This document shows, piece by piece, positions 26,030-39,639 of a DNA stretch of 64,000 nt. A program made the translations under genes and the position numbers. The notes beneath the pieces were generated by a model, which saw only the letters and a list, made by a program, of their open reading frames with translations, was not told where the DNA came from and did not search any database. This DNA comes from Isurus oxyrinchus. Taxonomy: Eukaryota. Positions within the stretch are counted from its first letter, which is position 1. Each line of letters opens with the position of its first letter. The DNA is taken from the NCBI GenBank assembly GCA_026770705.1, contig JANJGN010000015.1, forward strand, positions 118,296,001 to 118,360,000. The letters run 5' to 3'.

Positions 26030-27525
26030 ATTTATTCACTGTCCATCACTGACACTTCCCTTCCCTTCCTTGACCTCTCTGTCTCAATTTCTGGTGATAG
26101 ACTGTCCACCAATGTTCATTACAAGCCCACCGACTCCCACAGCTACCTCGACTACAGTTCCTCACACCCCCGCTTCCTGTAAGGACTCCATCTCAGTTCC
26201 TTCACCTCTGTCACTTCTGTTCTGATGATATCATTTTTCAAAACAGTGCTTCTGACATGTCTTCTTTCTTCCTTAACTGAGGTTTCCCACCCACTGAGGG
26301 TCCTCAACCGTGTCCGACCCATCTCCAGTGCCTCTGCCCTCACACCTTCCTCTCCCTCCCAGAACCTTGATAGGGTCCTCCTTGTCCTCACTTTTCACCC
26401 CACCAGCCTCTGCATTCGAAGGATCATCTTCCATCATTTCCGCCAACTCCAGCATGATGCCACCACCAAACACATTTTCCCTTCACCCACCCTGTCAGTA
26501 TTCCCTCTGGGACACCCTGGTCCACTCCTCCATCATCCCCTACACCTCAACCCCCTCCCACAGCACCTTCCCATGCAACCGTAGAAGGTGCAACACCTTC
26601 CCCTTTACTTCCCCTGTCCTCACCATCCAAGGGCCCAAACATTCCTTTCAAGTGAAGCAGCACTTCACTTGCACTTCCCTCAAGTTGGTCTACTGCATTT
26701 GTTGCTCCCAATGTGGTCTCCTCTACATTGGAGAGACCAAATGCAGACTGGGTGACCACTGTGCAGAACACCTTCGGTCTATCTGCATGCATGACCCAGA
26801 CCTCCCTGTCGCTTGCCATTTCAACACTCCACCCTGCTCTCATGCACACAAATCCGTCCTTGGCCTGCTGCATTGTTTCAGTGAAGCTCAACGCAAACTG
26901 GAGGATCAGCACCTCATCTTCCGACTAGGCACTTTATAGCCTTCCAGACTTAACATTGAGTTCAACAACTTCAGATCATGAACCCTCTCCTCCATCCTCA
27001 CCCCTTTTTGATCTTTTTTCAATATTTATTTTTAAATTTTTACATATATATATATATTCCTACCTATTTCTATTATTATTTTTAAAGTTTATTCATTGTT
27101 TGATCCCCACCTCTTAGCCTATTTCGTTCTTTCCTCACACACTGTCCCCTCCCCCCACCCCACCCCCACTAGGGCCATCTGTCACTTGCCCATCCTGCTT
27201 TCTACTCTTAATGTCACCATTAGCACCTCCTTTAGCCAGAATCACCACCATCAACAACCTTTCAACCTTTTGTTTATGACATCTTTTGCAACATCTCCTT
27301 TGCCTCCACCTATCACTGGCCTTCTATCAGCTTCATCTGTCTCACCCCCCTTAAACAGTATATGTTTCACCACATTTTTACTTCTCTTTAGTTCTGAAGA
27401 AGAGTCATACGGAATTGAAATGTTAACTCTGTCTTTCTCTCCACAGATGCTGTCAGACCTGAGTTTTTCCAGCAATTTTTGGTTTTTGTATCAGATTTCC
27501 AGCATCTGCAGCATTTTGCTTTGAT
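26030..27525 (+). mobile_element. 5'-truncated Penelope-like element (RT C-terminus, GIY-YIG endonuclease, 3' tail with decayed hammerhead motif)
   Basis: ORF 26310-26939 contains CNRRRCNT..FTCTSLKLVYCICCSQCGLLYIGETKCRLGDHCAEHL..PVACHFN (GIY-YIG). Upstream VHYKPTDSHSYLDYSSSHP is RT-thumb-like. CTGAAGAAGAGTC..GAAA near 27394. Confidence 0.88.
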
Positions 27526-28446
27526 CAATTTAATCTCTCACCTGAATGATGGGACTGCTGGCAATGCACCATTCTGTCATTACTGCACTGAAGCACCAGC
27601 CTTCTGACTCAGCGGTTAGAGTGAGCCAAGCTGATACTTAAGCTGTTATGTGCCTGAACACCACAACCAGCATCACGACTAAGGGCTACAATCCATGGCA
27701 CGACTAATGGCACAACCAGGACCACAATGGCAGTCATAACGGACGATGACATCACTCATCAGGGCCAGGGCCAGCTTCAGCTTTGCCAAACATGAGTGGA
27801 AGTCTCTGGCAGGAATGAGGGGGCGAGACTGCCAGCAAAACTGGCTGATGTGCCGAACTGTTGAATAATGAAGAGCTCGGGTCTTGTCCCTGATTTAAAT
27901 TTTGTTTTATTGTGTGGGCTGGGATCCACTGCAGGTAGTGTGTTTAACAGCTCTATACCAGGTAAACCCATTGTGCATTTAGTGCTGCACAGCTAGTGGT
28001 GCAGCCTCCTCATCCATGTGGACAGAATATGGCAACTAGGCTGCACGCCAGAATTCCCAGCTGCTCCCAACTTTAGATGCTTTTCAAGGAAGCAGCTGAG
28101 GGAGCCCTCAGGGGGCAAAAGTAAACAAATAAGATTGGCACAAATGTCTTACCACCAACTATAGAGCAGATACCTGCAGTAGTGTTCATGTTTTTTTGCT
28201 GTCAATGCTGTGAATACACCTCCTTTTAATCTGGCTTTTTCACTTGTAAAGTGAATTTGCCATTCAGTGATGTCATGGTAATATCCCATATATACCACAA
28301 GTTTAAGTGAGACACACACTCATTAACCAGAGTATTATTGTTTTCCAAACATCCACAGCTGCCCAGAACACTTTACCTATATAGAAAGTATTTGTATTTG
28401 AATAGTGACTTTCACAACCTCAGGACGTCCCAAAGCAATTTACAGC

Positions 28447-29450
28447 CCAGGACATCACTGCAGGAGTTCCTCAGGGTAGTGTCCTCGGCCCAACCATCTT
28501 CAGCTGCTTCATCAACGATCTTCCTTCCATCATAAGATCAGAAGTGAGGATGTTTGCTGATGATTGCACAATGTTGAGCACCATTCGCGACTCCTCAGAT
28601 ACTGAAGCAGTCCATGTTCAAATGCAGCAAGACCTGGACAATATCCAGGCTTGGGCTGACAAGTGGCAAGTAACATTTGCGCTACACAAGTGTCAGACAA
28701 TGACCATATCCAACAAGAAAGAATCTAACCATTGCCCCTTGACATTCAATGGCATTACCATCACTGAATTCTCCACTATCAACATCCTGGGTTTAGCATT
28801 GACCCAGAAAATGAACTGGACTAGCCGTATAAATACTGTGGCTACAAGAGCAGGTCAGAAGCTAGAAATCCTGTGGCAGGTAACTCATCTCCTGACTCTC
28901 CAAAGACTGTCCACTATCTACAAGGTACAAGTCAGGAGTCTGATGGAATACTCTGCACTTACCTGGATGGGTGCAGCTCCAATGGTACTCAAGAAGGTCA
29001 ACACCATCCAGAACAAAGCAGCCCACTTGATTGGCACCCCTTCCACAAACATTCACTCCCTCCACCACTGACGAACAGTGGCAGCAGTGTGTACCATCTA
29101 TAAGATGCACTGCAGGAACTCACAAGGTTCCTTAGGCAGCACCTTCCAAACCCATGACTGCTACCATCTAGAAGGACAAGGATGGCAGATATATGGGAAC
29201 ACCACCATCTGGAAGTTGCCCTACAGGTCACTCACCATCCTGACTTGGAAATATATCACTGTTCCTTCACTGTCCCTGGGTCAAAATCCTGGAACTACCC
29301 CCTTGACGGCACTGAGGGTGTATGTACACCATATGGACTGCTGTGGTTCAAGCTGGCAGCTCAGCACTGCCTTCTCAAGGGCATTTAGGGATGGGCAATA
29401 AATGCTAGCCTAGCCAGCGATGCCCATATCCTATAAATGAATTTTTAAAA
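28447..29450 (+). mobile_element. Same LINE family, 5'-truncated, inserted in a Deu-type SINE
   Basis: ORF 28544-29071 is highly similar to 37140-37734. Confidence 0.9.
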
Positions 29451-29972
29451 GAATTAATTTTGAGGTGTAGTAACTATTGTAATGTAGGAAACAGCCAACT
29501 GTGCAAAGCAAGATTCCACAAATAGCATGAGATAATGACTGGATAACCTGATCTGGCAATGTTGGTTCAATAGTAACTGTCTAAATGGAATTAGATATAC
29601 TTTAGAAGTGAAAACAAACTGCTGAGATTTGGGGGAACGAGTAATGGAACTAAATGATTGGTTCTTTCAAAGTGCCAGCACAGGCTTAATGGGTTGAATG
29701 GCCTCTTTCTATGCTGTAAGCTTCTATGATCTGAGTTCTTCCAAGTGTTGGGCTTAAAATTGACCATTTCCCTTGACCAGGACACCAGGGAGAAATTCCC
29801 TGTTCTTCACATAGTGTCAATTGATCTTTTATGTTCCCTTTTTTTCCAAAAATATACTTTATTCATTAAAAAATTGTAAGATTACATTAAATAGCAGTTC
29901 AAATTGGAAATTACCAGAATTGCAATCAGTTCAATTTCTTTCCATACAGAATGTATGTTAAACTGAGGCTCT

Positions 29973-31219
29973 GGGCTGTATCGTCCCAGATTTGCACTAA
30001 GTGTGGTAGTGGGCGGGTAAAATGTCATTGCTTGCTGCAGTGGTGGCTTTTCATGCCATATCGTCCTAAACCCACCAGATTAATTTCACATTGCCGGGAT
30101 ACATGCCGTTTCGATGGTGGGTGGGCTCTGATTCACCTGTCACGCTATCACCTCATCACGACAGGTACCACATTTAAAGTGTAGCCACACTCAGTGCTTC
30201 CAGCCCAGGACTGCAGCAAGGAAAACACGGCCCCAAAAAGCAAGAAGACTGCAGCCTTGAGTGCCCTTTGGACGCTCTGCAGGCCGCTGTGATGTCCTTT
30301 ATCCCCGCTCTGGCCACAGGAGGGGCAGCTACATCACCACTACAGCTTGGTAGGCGATGGCAGTGGTGATCAGTGCCAATGTTGCACAGAAGAGGTTGGC
30401 CATCCAATGCAGATGGAGGATGAATGATCTCATCTGTGCAGCCAGGGTATGGCAACCATCTCATCATCTAAACTCTCACACTCACACACCCATCACACAT
30501 TCACTGGCATTTCACTCACTGCCAGTTCACTCATTACCAGCTCAAGGGACATCACCACCATTCTCACACACATGGCCTCACCTCCTCTGGTGACTGCCTC
30601 CTCAGCCCTTACCATCTTGAGGCCACTTGCACAGGTCAACATGTATCCCCACAAACACCCTGGGATACCCCCAGTCCCCAGTATAGCTCTCATCCTGCAG
30701 CCTCTTCCTTTGCCTGAGGCCAATTCTCCCCCTTCCCCAAACAAGACCTGCCCTGCAGCCATTGAAAAGCCACCCACATATGACTGATCTGGTAGGTAAA
30801 GATCTACCATGAGTCCCCCTAAAAGTGATGTGGTGCTGTTTCTGAAGCCTGGCGCTGATGACTGAGTGCTGACTGAAGCAAGGTAGGCAAACAAACCTTG
30901 AAGTCCCGAGCGAAGTGCAGCCCGCCAAGCACACCTTATATATGTTGTTGTGAAACACATTGGTATGTTTTCCCACTGACTTGGACAGATGATCCAGTGA
31001 GAGGAGTGGATGAATCTGGCGGGCTGGCCTTATAATGATATGTTGATGTATTACAATGAGGTTCCCGACGACTGGTAGTGGGGAAAGCAGCCCACCATCG
31101 GCAGGTGGAGTGGACGATCGCAATCTGGTTTCATGACATTGTGAAACCGATTTTTGCCCTTCTAGCCATATTGTCCACTCACACCACCGAACACCAGTGG
31201 GCACAGAAAATCCCAGCCC
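29973..31219 (+). mobile_element. PIF/Harbinger-like non-autonomous DNA transposon retaining a decayed Myb/SANT-like exon (about 30225-30447)
   Basis: AW*AMAVVISANVAQKRLAIQCRWRMNDLICAAR followed by AGG|GTATGG resembles Harbinger Myb-like proteins. Short GGGCTG...CAGCCC termini; no clear TSD. Confidence 0.55.
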
Positions 31220-33654
31220 CAGTCTTCCCTCTGACTTGGATGTAAAAGAGCCTATGGCAGTGTTTTGAAGAAGAGCAGGGCATTTATCCATGGTGTCCTG
31301 CCCACTAAATAATTACAATCACAAAAAACAGATTATCTGATCATTATTACATTATTGTTTGTGGGAGTTTGCTGTGCACAAATTGGCTGCAATGTTTCCT
31401 GTACTACAACATTTGGGTGGTTGTGAAAGGAACAAATAAAAAACAAATCCTTCTTCCACTTCTTTTTAGCATTGTCTAGTTTGCCTTTTACTAGTTTGAA
31501 CTTGTGTGTCCCCCCTTGTGCCCACTGTCACGGTACAGACTGATGTAGTGTTCGGGATCCACCCTTTCCATAATAATGACTCTCTTATGTACTATTATAC
31601 CATCACCTATGAATTACTACCTTGCAAGGCTGAACTGCCTAAGGCCTAGGTGCTCGGATTACTCAGTTCCCTTATACTGGGCACTAAATGGTCTCTTGAA
31701 TCTCTAATATGTTGGGTAGGAATCACATGCTCATTACGAACTGGGAGTACGATGCCTGCATATTGGTAAAGGCCAAAATATTGGTGCCTTGGATCCATGA
31801 CTTTAATAGACACATTGCAGGTGCAAATAAAGGAGCTTACTCCTGTTTGAGACCCGCTCTGAAAGATTGTTTTGCCCTGAAGCAGATAGTGCTGCTCATT
31901 ATTATCCCACATATCCACTATTCTTCTGAACTCAAACTTGCTCACAACTGGTTTGTTTAATACTCACGGCCATAGTTGTGCAGTGATATTTCAAGTTAAA
32001 TAATTTATTTCCATCCGTTTTATCTATTCCTATTAGCATTTTAAAAAATCTGGATCATGTCTTCTCCCAATCTGCTCAACGCGATTTTTCATGGTTTAGC
32101 TCCCTACATCCCAGAAAAATCAATTCCATGCTTCCCATTATCCTCTCCAGCTCAGCAATGTCCATTAGAAGATAGTAGGAATCCCCACTCTAAGCCTGTC
32201 AACTTGTCTCTACTCCTTTAGGGCACCCCTAGGTCATTTGCCTTAATATTACCTTATGTGCTCGGTATCAAATTATGTTTGTTAACACCACTGTGGAGCA
32301 GTTTAACTAATCGACCATGTCATAGCACCTTTAGATTTCTTACTATGTTGAAGGCAAAATATAAATGCAAGTTGTTGTGGTTGGTAGAACAGGTGGAAAT
32401 TAGTCTTAGCGGGGTAAGTGCAAAACAGACAATAATGAATCAGCAGCCTCTTTTACAGCCTGCCTGATTTTCTTTTCCATTGGCTTCAATACAACAATTC
32501 ACTGTCACTCATTTTGTGTGATACCATCAAGGACCAATTTCACCCTCAGAATTCAAGAAGTAGGTTCCCATCAATGATGAGTCTAAACTGAGTTTAAACA
32601 TGGTTTGACTTATAGTCAACTGAGTTTGGGATTCATCCCATGATTGATCTTGGGGATAATGGTTCTATACTGACTAGGAGAAGAGGACTCTTGCTTATAA
32701 CAATCTAGCAGTACCAGAAAGAGGGGACTATCCCTTGAGATTAAAGAACCTGGGCTTTGGGACAAAACTGTGGTACATGGCATTGGCTCTCACCTACATG
32801 GTTAACAGAGGATCAGTGATAAACATCAACTACTGCTGAAGGACTATCAACCTGGTAAAAGATGCTCTTTGGCCTGCCTGAAACTTGTTGGTCTTCCAAA
32901 GAGCTATTGGCAATTGAGTATTGTAGACTGGTACATTCCAAGATTCAGGATTAGATGCAGAGGACTGCACTAAAGCTTGGGGCAGCTGCCACAAAACTGC
33001 AATGGGGAAGGACTGTGTAAGGCCCTCCTGCCATGATACACTGAGGGGTTGGAAACTGTTGTAAAACCCCTCAGGCTGTATGTCTGATATGTGATGAATA
33101 TTATAAATATTAAATGTAACTATAAAAGTAATGAGTAACATACAGTATCGATAGAAACTGATCTGTTTTGCACATTATGTAATGTCAACTTCGAACAGTC
33201 ATGCAATGTACCTCATAAATTTTAAGAATAATGTTTATTTTTGGGAAAAATAATCTCAGAGGCCAGTGGTATCCTAAGTACTTTTGTAGGTCAATGCTAC
33301 TATGCTTAGGAGCTGATTTCCTTCTTATCAGCATTCCTACCGACCCAGTCTCAGATTCATTGCAGGGCATGTCACATCAAGAATCATAGAATTGTGCAGC
33401 TTCGAAGGAGACCATTTGACCCACCTTTGAAAGCGCTGTCCAATTAACCCCACTCTTCTCTTTGCTCATAACCCTGCAAATTTAACCTTTTCGTGTACTT
33501 AACCAATTCCCTTTTGAAAGTTCTATTGAATCTGCTTCCATCTCCCCTTTCAGGGAGTGCATTCCAGATCAGAACTCACTGTGCAACAATATTTCTCCTC
33601 ATCTCCCTTCTCTGATTTTTATCCAATTACCTTTACAATCTACTTCTACTTCTC

Positions 33655-33800
33655 CTTAGCTCTGAAGAAGAGTCATACAGACTCGAAACGTTAACTCTGT
33701 CTTTCTCTCCACACACAGATGCTGTCAGACGTGCTAAGTTTTTCCAGCGATTTTTGTTTCTGTTTCAGATTTCCAGCATCCGTAGTATTTTGCTTTTAAC
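33655..33800 (+). ncRNA. Minimal type I hammerhead ribozyme motif in a Penelope-related tail
   Basis: CTGAAGA-A-GAGTC-ATACA-GACTC-GAAAC-GTT-AACT: CUGANGA and GAAA cores, 5-bp stem II, palindromic ACGT in place of stem III. Confidence 0.6.
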
Positions 33801-34979
33801 CTTAATCTGTGTCCTCTGACCTTCTTGCCAGTGGAAACAATTTAACCCCATCAAGGCTGTGGGCCAAGTGCTGGTTAGATGTGATTAGGTAGGTAGGTCA
33901 GGTGTTTCTCACGTGTTGGTGCAGACTCGTTGGGCTGAAGGATCTCTTCTGCACTGTGATTCTGTAATTCTGTGACTTACTCCACCAAAACCCTCATAAC
34001 AAGTTACTTTGAAATGCAGTGTTTGTCACGTAGGCAACAGAAGCTATTTTATAACTTCTCTTAGATAACTATGATATGGTCAACTAGTTAAACTGATTTT
34101 GAGCCAGTCGCATGGTAGCGGTAGTTGAGGGAAAATGTCATCCATGACACGAGGCGAAATCCTGGTTATTTTCCTATATTAAATAGTGACTACACTTCAA
34201 GAGTGCTTCAGTAGCTTTTATCCTAAAGTTGTGAAAGGTGCAATAAAAATGGAAGTCTTTCTCTTTTTCCTTTATTTTTGAAGTAGCATGATGGATCATT
34301 AATTTTCACCTGAACCATTCCCCCTTTCTAGATAATTTCCCCTCTGTCCAAGGGGTGAGAACAGTAATAATGCCATACTTCCTCAGTACTGCACTGCAAT
34401 GTCAGCATTGTTCTCAAATCCTGGAGTGGGACAAGAGGCTAGAATGTTGACACATTGTGCACTTGCTGCAAATTGATGTGTCAAATGTAAGATGAAAGGC
34501 TCCTGTTCAATTAAAGTACAAGCAAAAAGTGATTCGTGGCAGACGATGACAGATATGTGTGCTAATTTTCTTGGTTCCAACTGATGACTCATCTATCCTC
34601 TCAGATTCAGGTCTAGTCAGGAGGTTTCTGTACAGACAATAGCTCCTGGGCAGTGGAAAAAGCTGCCAAACTGCTGATTGTGTCTGTGCCTTTAACTCTG
34701 TTTTCTCTCTCTCTCTCTCTCTTTCTCTCATTCTTTCTCTTGCTCTCTCAGATATGGCAAACTGCTACCTAAGATCAAGGCTCATGAATTTGTGAACCAC
34801 AGAATGAAGAAGATAATTTAGAACACTACCACCTGCAAGGATACTTGGAGGCCCTATCAAAGTATGAACAAGGAGCAGGAGTAGGCCAATTCAGCCCCTC
34901 AAGCCTGCTCTGTCATTTAATAAGATCATAGCAGATCTGATAGTAACCTGAAACCTGCATCCTATCTACTGCTAATAAT

Positions 34980-37900
34980 GTCCCTTAGGGAAGGAAATCT
35001 GGTGTCCTTACCTGGTCTGGCCTACATGTGACTCCAGACCCACAGCAATGTGGTTGACTCTTAACTGTTCTCAGAAATGGCCTAGCAAGCCACTCAGTTG
35101 TAACAAACCGCTATAAAGTCACAAAAAAGGAATGGAACTGGACAGACCCGCCTGGCATCGAACTAGGCACCGGAAAAGACAACGGCAATCATAGCCCTGT
35201 TGACCCTGCAAAGCCCTCCTTACTAACATCTGGGGGGTTAGTGCCAAATTTGGGAGAGCTGGCTCACAGACTAGTTAAGCAACAGCCTGACATAGTCATC
35301 CTCATGAATCATACCTTACAGATAATGCCCCAGAATCCACCATCACCATCCCTGGGTATGTCCTGTCCCACCGGCAGGGCAGACCCAGCAGAGGTGGTGG
35401 TACAGTGGTATAGAGTCGGGAGGGAGTTGCCCTGGGAGCTCTCAACATCGACCCATGAACCCATGAAGTCTCAAGGCATCAGGTCAAACATGGGCAAAGA
35501 AACCTCCTGCTGATTACTATGTCCCGCCCTCCCTCAGCTGATGAATCAGTGCTCCTCCATGTTGAACATCACTTGGAGGAAGCACTGAGGGTGACAAGGG
35601 CACAGAATGTACTCTGGGTGGGGGTCTTCAATGTCCATTACTAAGAGTGGCTCAGTAGCACCACTACTGACCGAGCTGGCCGAGTCCTAAATGACATAGC
35701 TGCTAGACTGGATCTGCGGCAGGTGGTGAGGGAACCAACAAGAGGGAAAAACATACTTGACCTCATCATCACCAACCTGCCTGCTGCACATGCATCTGTC
35801 CATGACAGTATCGGTAGGAATGACCACCGCACAGTCATTGTGGAGACTAAGTCTCGCATTCACATTGTGTGGTACTACCACTGTGCTACATGGGATAGAT
35901 TTCGAACAGATCGAGCAACTCAAGATTGGGCATCCATGAGGCGCCATCAGCAGCAGCAGAATTGTATCGAACACAATCTGTAAACTCATGGCCCGGCATA
36001 ACCCCCACTCTACCGTTACCAACAAGCTAGGGGATCAATCCTGGTTCAATCAAGAGTGCAGGAGGGCATGCTAGGAGCAGCACCAGGCATACCTTAAAAT
36101 GAGGTGTCAAACCTTTGAAGCTATAACACAGGACTACTTGCATGCCAAGCAGCATAAGCAGCAAGTATAGACAGAGCTAAGCAATTCCACAATCAATGGA
36201 TCAGATCTAAGCTCTGCAGTCCTGCCACATCTGGTTGTGTATGGTGGTGGACAATTAAACAACTCACTGGAGGAGGAGGCTCCACAAATATTCCCATCCT
36301 CAATGATGGAGGAACCTAGCACAGCAGTGCAAAGTATATGGCTGAAGCATTTGCAACAATCTTCAGCTAGAAGTGCCAAGAAGATGATTGATCTCAGCTT
36401 CCTCCAGAGGTCCCCAACATCACAGATGTCAGTCTTCAGCCAATTCGATTCACTCCACGTGATATCAAGAAGCGGCTGAAGGCACTAGCTACTGCAAAGG
36501 CTATGGGCCCTTACAATATTCCGGTGATAGTACTGAAGACTTGTGCTCCAGAACTAGCTGCAACCCTAGCCAAGCTGTTCCAGTACAGTTACAACACTGG
36601 CATCTACCTGGCTATGTGCAAAATTACCCAGGTATGTCCTGTACACAATGCAGGAAAAATCCAACCTGGCCAATTACTGCCCCATCAGTCTACACTCAAT
36701 CATCAGTAAAGTAATGGAAGGGGTCATTCAACAGTGCTATCGTGCAGCACTTGCTTAGCAATAATCTGCGCACTGATGCCGAGTTTGGGTTCCACCAGGG
36801 CCACTCAGCTCCTGACCTCAGAACAGCCTTGGTTCAAACATGGAGACAAGAGCTGAACTCCCGAGGTGAGGTGAGAGTGACTGCCCTTGACATCAAGGCA
36901 GCATTTGACCGAGTGTAGCATCAAGCAGCCCTAGCAAAACTGGAGTCAATGGGAATCGGGGGAAAACTCTCCACTGGTTGGACTCATACTGAGCACAAAG
37001 GAAGATAGTTGTGATTATTGGAGGTAGTCAGTCATCAACGCTTCAGGGCTTCAGTGCATGACTTCCTCAGGGTAGTGTCCTCGGCCCAACCATCTTCAGC
37101 TGCTTCATCAATGACCTTCCTTCCATCATAAGGTCAGGAGTGGGGATGTTCGCTGATGATTGCACAATGTTCAGCACCATTCGTGATTTCTCAGATACTG
37201 AAGCAGTCCATGTCCAAATGCAGCAAGACCTGGACAATATCCAGGCTTGGGCTGACAAGTGGCAAGTAACATTCATGCCACACAAGTGTCAGGCAATGAC
37301 CATCTCCAACAAGAGAGAATCCAACCATTGCCCCTTGACATTCAATGGCATTACTATCACTGAATCCCCCACTATCAACATCCTGGGTGTTACCATTGAC
37401 CAGAAACTGAACTGGAGCAGCCATATAAATGCAGTGGCTACAAGAGCTAGTCAGAGGCTAGAAATCGTGTGACGAGTAACTCACCTCCACTATCTACAAG
37501 ACTCAAGTCAGGAGTGTGATGGAATACTCCCCACTTGTCTGGATGAGTGCAGCTCCCACAACACTCAATAAGCTGGACACTGTCCAGGACAAAGCAGCCT
37601 GCTTGATTAGCATTACATCCACAAACATTCACTCCCTCTGCCACCAATGCACAGTAGCAGCAGTGTGTACCATCTACAAAATGTACTGCAGGAATTCACC
37701 AAGGCTCCTTACACAGCACCTTCCAAACCCATGACCACTATCACCTAGAAGGACAAGGGCAGCAGATAGATGGGAACATCACCACCTGGAGGAGCCCCTT
37801 CAAGTAACTCACCATCCTGATTTGGAAATATATCACCATTCCTTCACTGTTGCTGGGTCAAAATCCTGAAACTCCCTTCCTAACACCACATGGGCTGTAG

Positions 37901-37986
37901 TAGTCAAGAAGGCAGCTCACCACCACCTTCTCAAGGACAACTAGGGACGGGCAATATATGCTGGCCCGTGAACCAAGAATAAAAAA
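34980..37986 (+). mobile_element. Near-complete decayed LINE of a second CR1-group family (APE endonuclease and RT, no ORF1 seen)
   Basis: VKQQPDIVIL, VREPTRGKNILDLIITN, GRNDHRTV, ALDIKAAFDRV, PQGSVLGPTIFSCFINDL, MFADDCT, ILGVTIDQKLNW. A-rich tail. Confidence 0.9.
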
Positions 37987-37989
37987 TGG

Positions 37990-38820
37990 TCACCCCTTTG
38001 CTTACCAAGAATCTATCCACCTCTGCCATAAAAATATTCAAATACTCTGCTTCCACTGTCTTTTCAGGAAAAGACTTCCAAAGGCTCAAACCCTCTGAAT
38101 GAAAAATACTCCCCTCATCTCTGTTTTAAATGGGCGACCTCTTATTTTTAAACAGTGACCCCTAGTTCTAGATTCTTCCAGCAGAAGAAACATCCTCTGC
38201 TCATCCACCCTGTCAAGACCCCTCAGGATCTTATAGGTTTCAATCAAATCATCTCTTACTCTTCTGAACTCCAGTAGATACAAGCCTTGTCTGTCCAACT
38301 TTACCTCACAAGACAACCCACCCATTCCAGGTATTAGTCTGGTAAACATTCTCTGAACTGCTTCCAATGCATTAACATCCTTCCTTAAATAAGGTGACTG
38401 ATACCATTCACAGTACTCCAAATGTGGTCTCACTTGTGCCCTGTATAACTGAAGCATATCCTCCTTACTTTTGTATTCAATTCCCCTCACAATAAATTAT
38501 AACATCCTATTAGCTTTCCTATTTACTTGCTGTACTTGCATTCTAGCCTTTTACGATTCATGCACTAGGACACCTAGATCTCTCTGCACCTCAGAGTTCT
38601 GCAATCTCTTACCATTTAGGTAATATGCTTCTCTTTTATTCTTCCTGCCAAAATGGACAATTTCACATTTTCCCACATCACACTCAATCAGCCAGATCTT
38701 TGCCCACTCACTTAACCTATCTATATCTGACTGTAGCCTCCTTCACAGCTCATTTTCCTACCTATCTTTGTGTCATCAGCAAATTTGGCAACCATCCCTT
38801 CAATCCTTTCATCCAAGGCA
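37990..38820 (-). mobile_element. CR1 fragment; its 3' end continues at about 34860-34978, across an inserted LINE
   Basis: ORF 38086-38490: GIEYKSKEDMLQLYRAQVRPHLEYC... Confidence 0.85.
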
Positions 38821-38889
38821 ACAGTCACTTGAGGATATGATTCAGCTTTTCCTATATTGAAGCTGGCAGATTATAAAATACAACATATT

Positions 38890-39400
38890 TGATTCAGTCA
38901 CAGCACTGTTGTCTTTGAATCGAAAGACTTGGTTTCAAAGTCCAATCCAGTGTCCATGCACATAATCTAAGATAAAATTCCAGTGTTATGGTGGGGGAGT
39001 TTCTCCTTGTCAGAAGAGCTGTCTTTCAGATGAGAATATTAAATGAGGTTCTGCATGCTGATTCATGTAAAGGATTCTGTTTGAAGAGGAACAGGAAGTT
39101 CTCCTGTTAACCGGGCCAACATACATCCTTTTAACTAACAACCCAAAGAGGGAGTGTTACGCTTTTGCAGGTGTCGTCTTTTAGGTGAGACGTTAAAGTG
39201 AGATCCTGTCTGCCCTTTCAGGTGAACGTTAAGATATTAGGACACAATTTTGAAGAAAAACAATGGAGTTCACCCCGGTGTCCTGGCCAATGTTTATCAC
39301 TCAATCAATAAAACTAAATTAGATTAATTGGTCATTCATCTCAATTTCTGTTTGTGTGACCTTGCTGTGTACAAATTGGTGGCTGATGCTTTAAAAATAT
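38890..39400 (+). mobile_element. Deu-domain SINE(s), partially duplicated
   Basis: TGAGACGTTAAAGTGAGATCCTGTCTGCCCTTTCAGGTG..CCCCGGTGTCCTGGCCAATGTTTATC. Confidence 0.7.
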
Positions 39401-39639
39401 ACTTATTGCGGGTTACATGAATACCTTATTATTTGGCCCATCATCACACCATGGCAATGCTTGGAGATTATAGGCAGGGTCACCAGTTCCCATTCTTATA
39501 AGAAGCGTTACGTTTTTTTTTATATCAATGCTTTGTTAGAGGTAATCCAATTCTGCAATTCTATGCACTTGCCTATTAAAAATGTAGATTAGTGGCCTTG
39601 GTCATAAGGATAAGTTAAATGGTCAGATCAAAAATTCTG

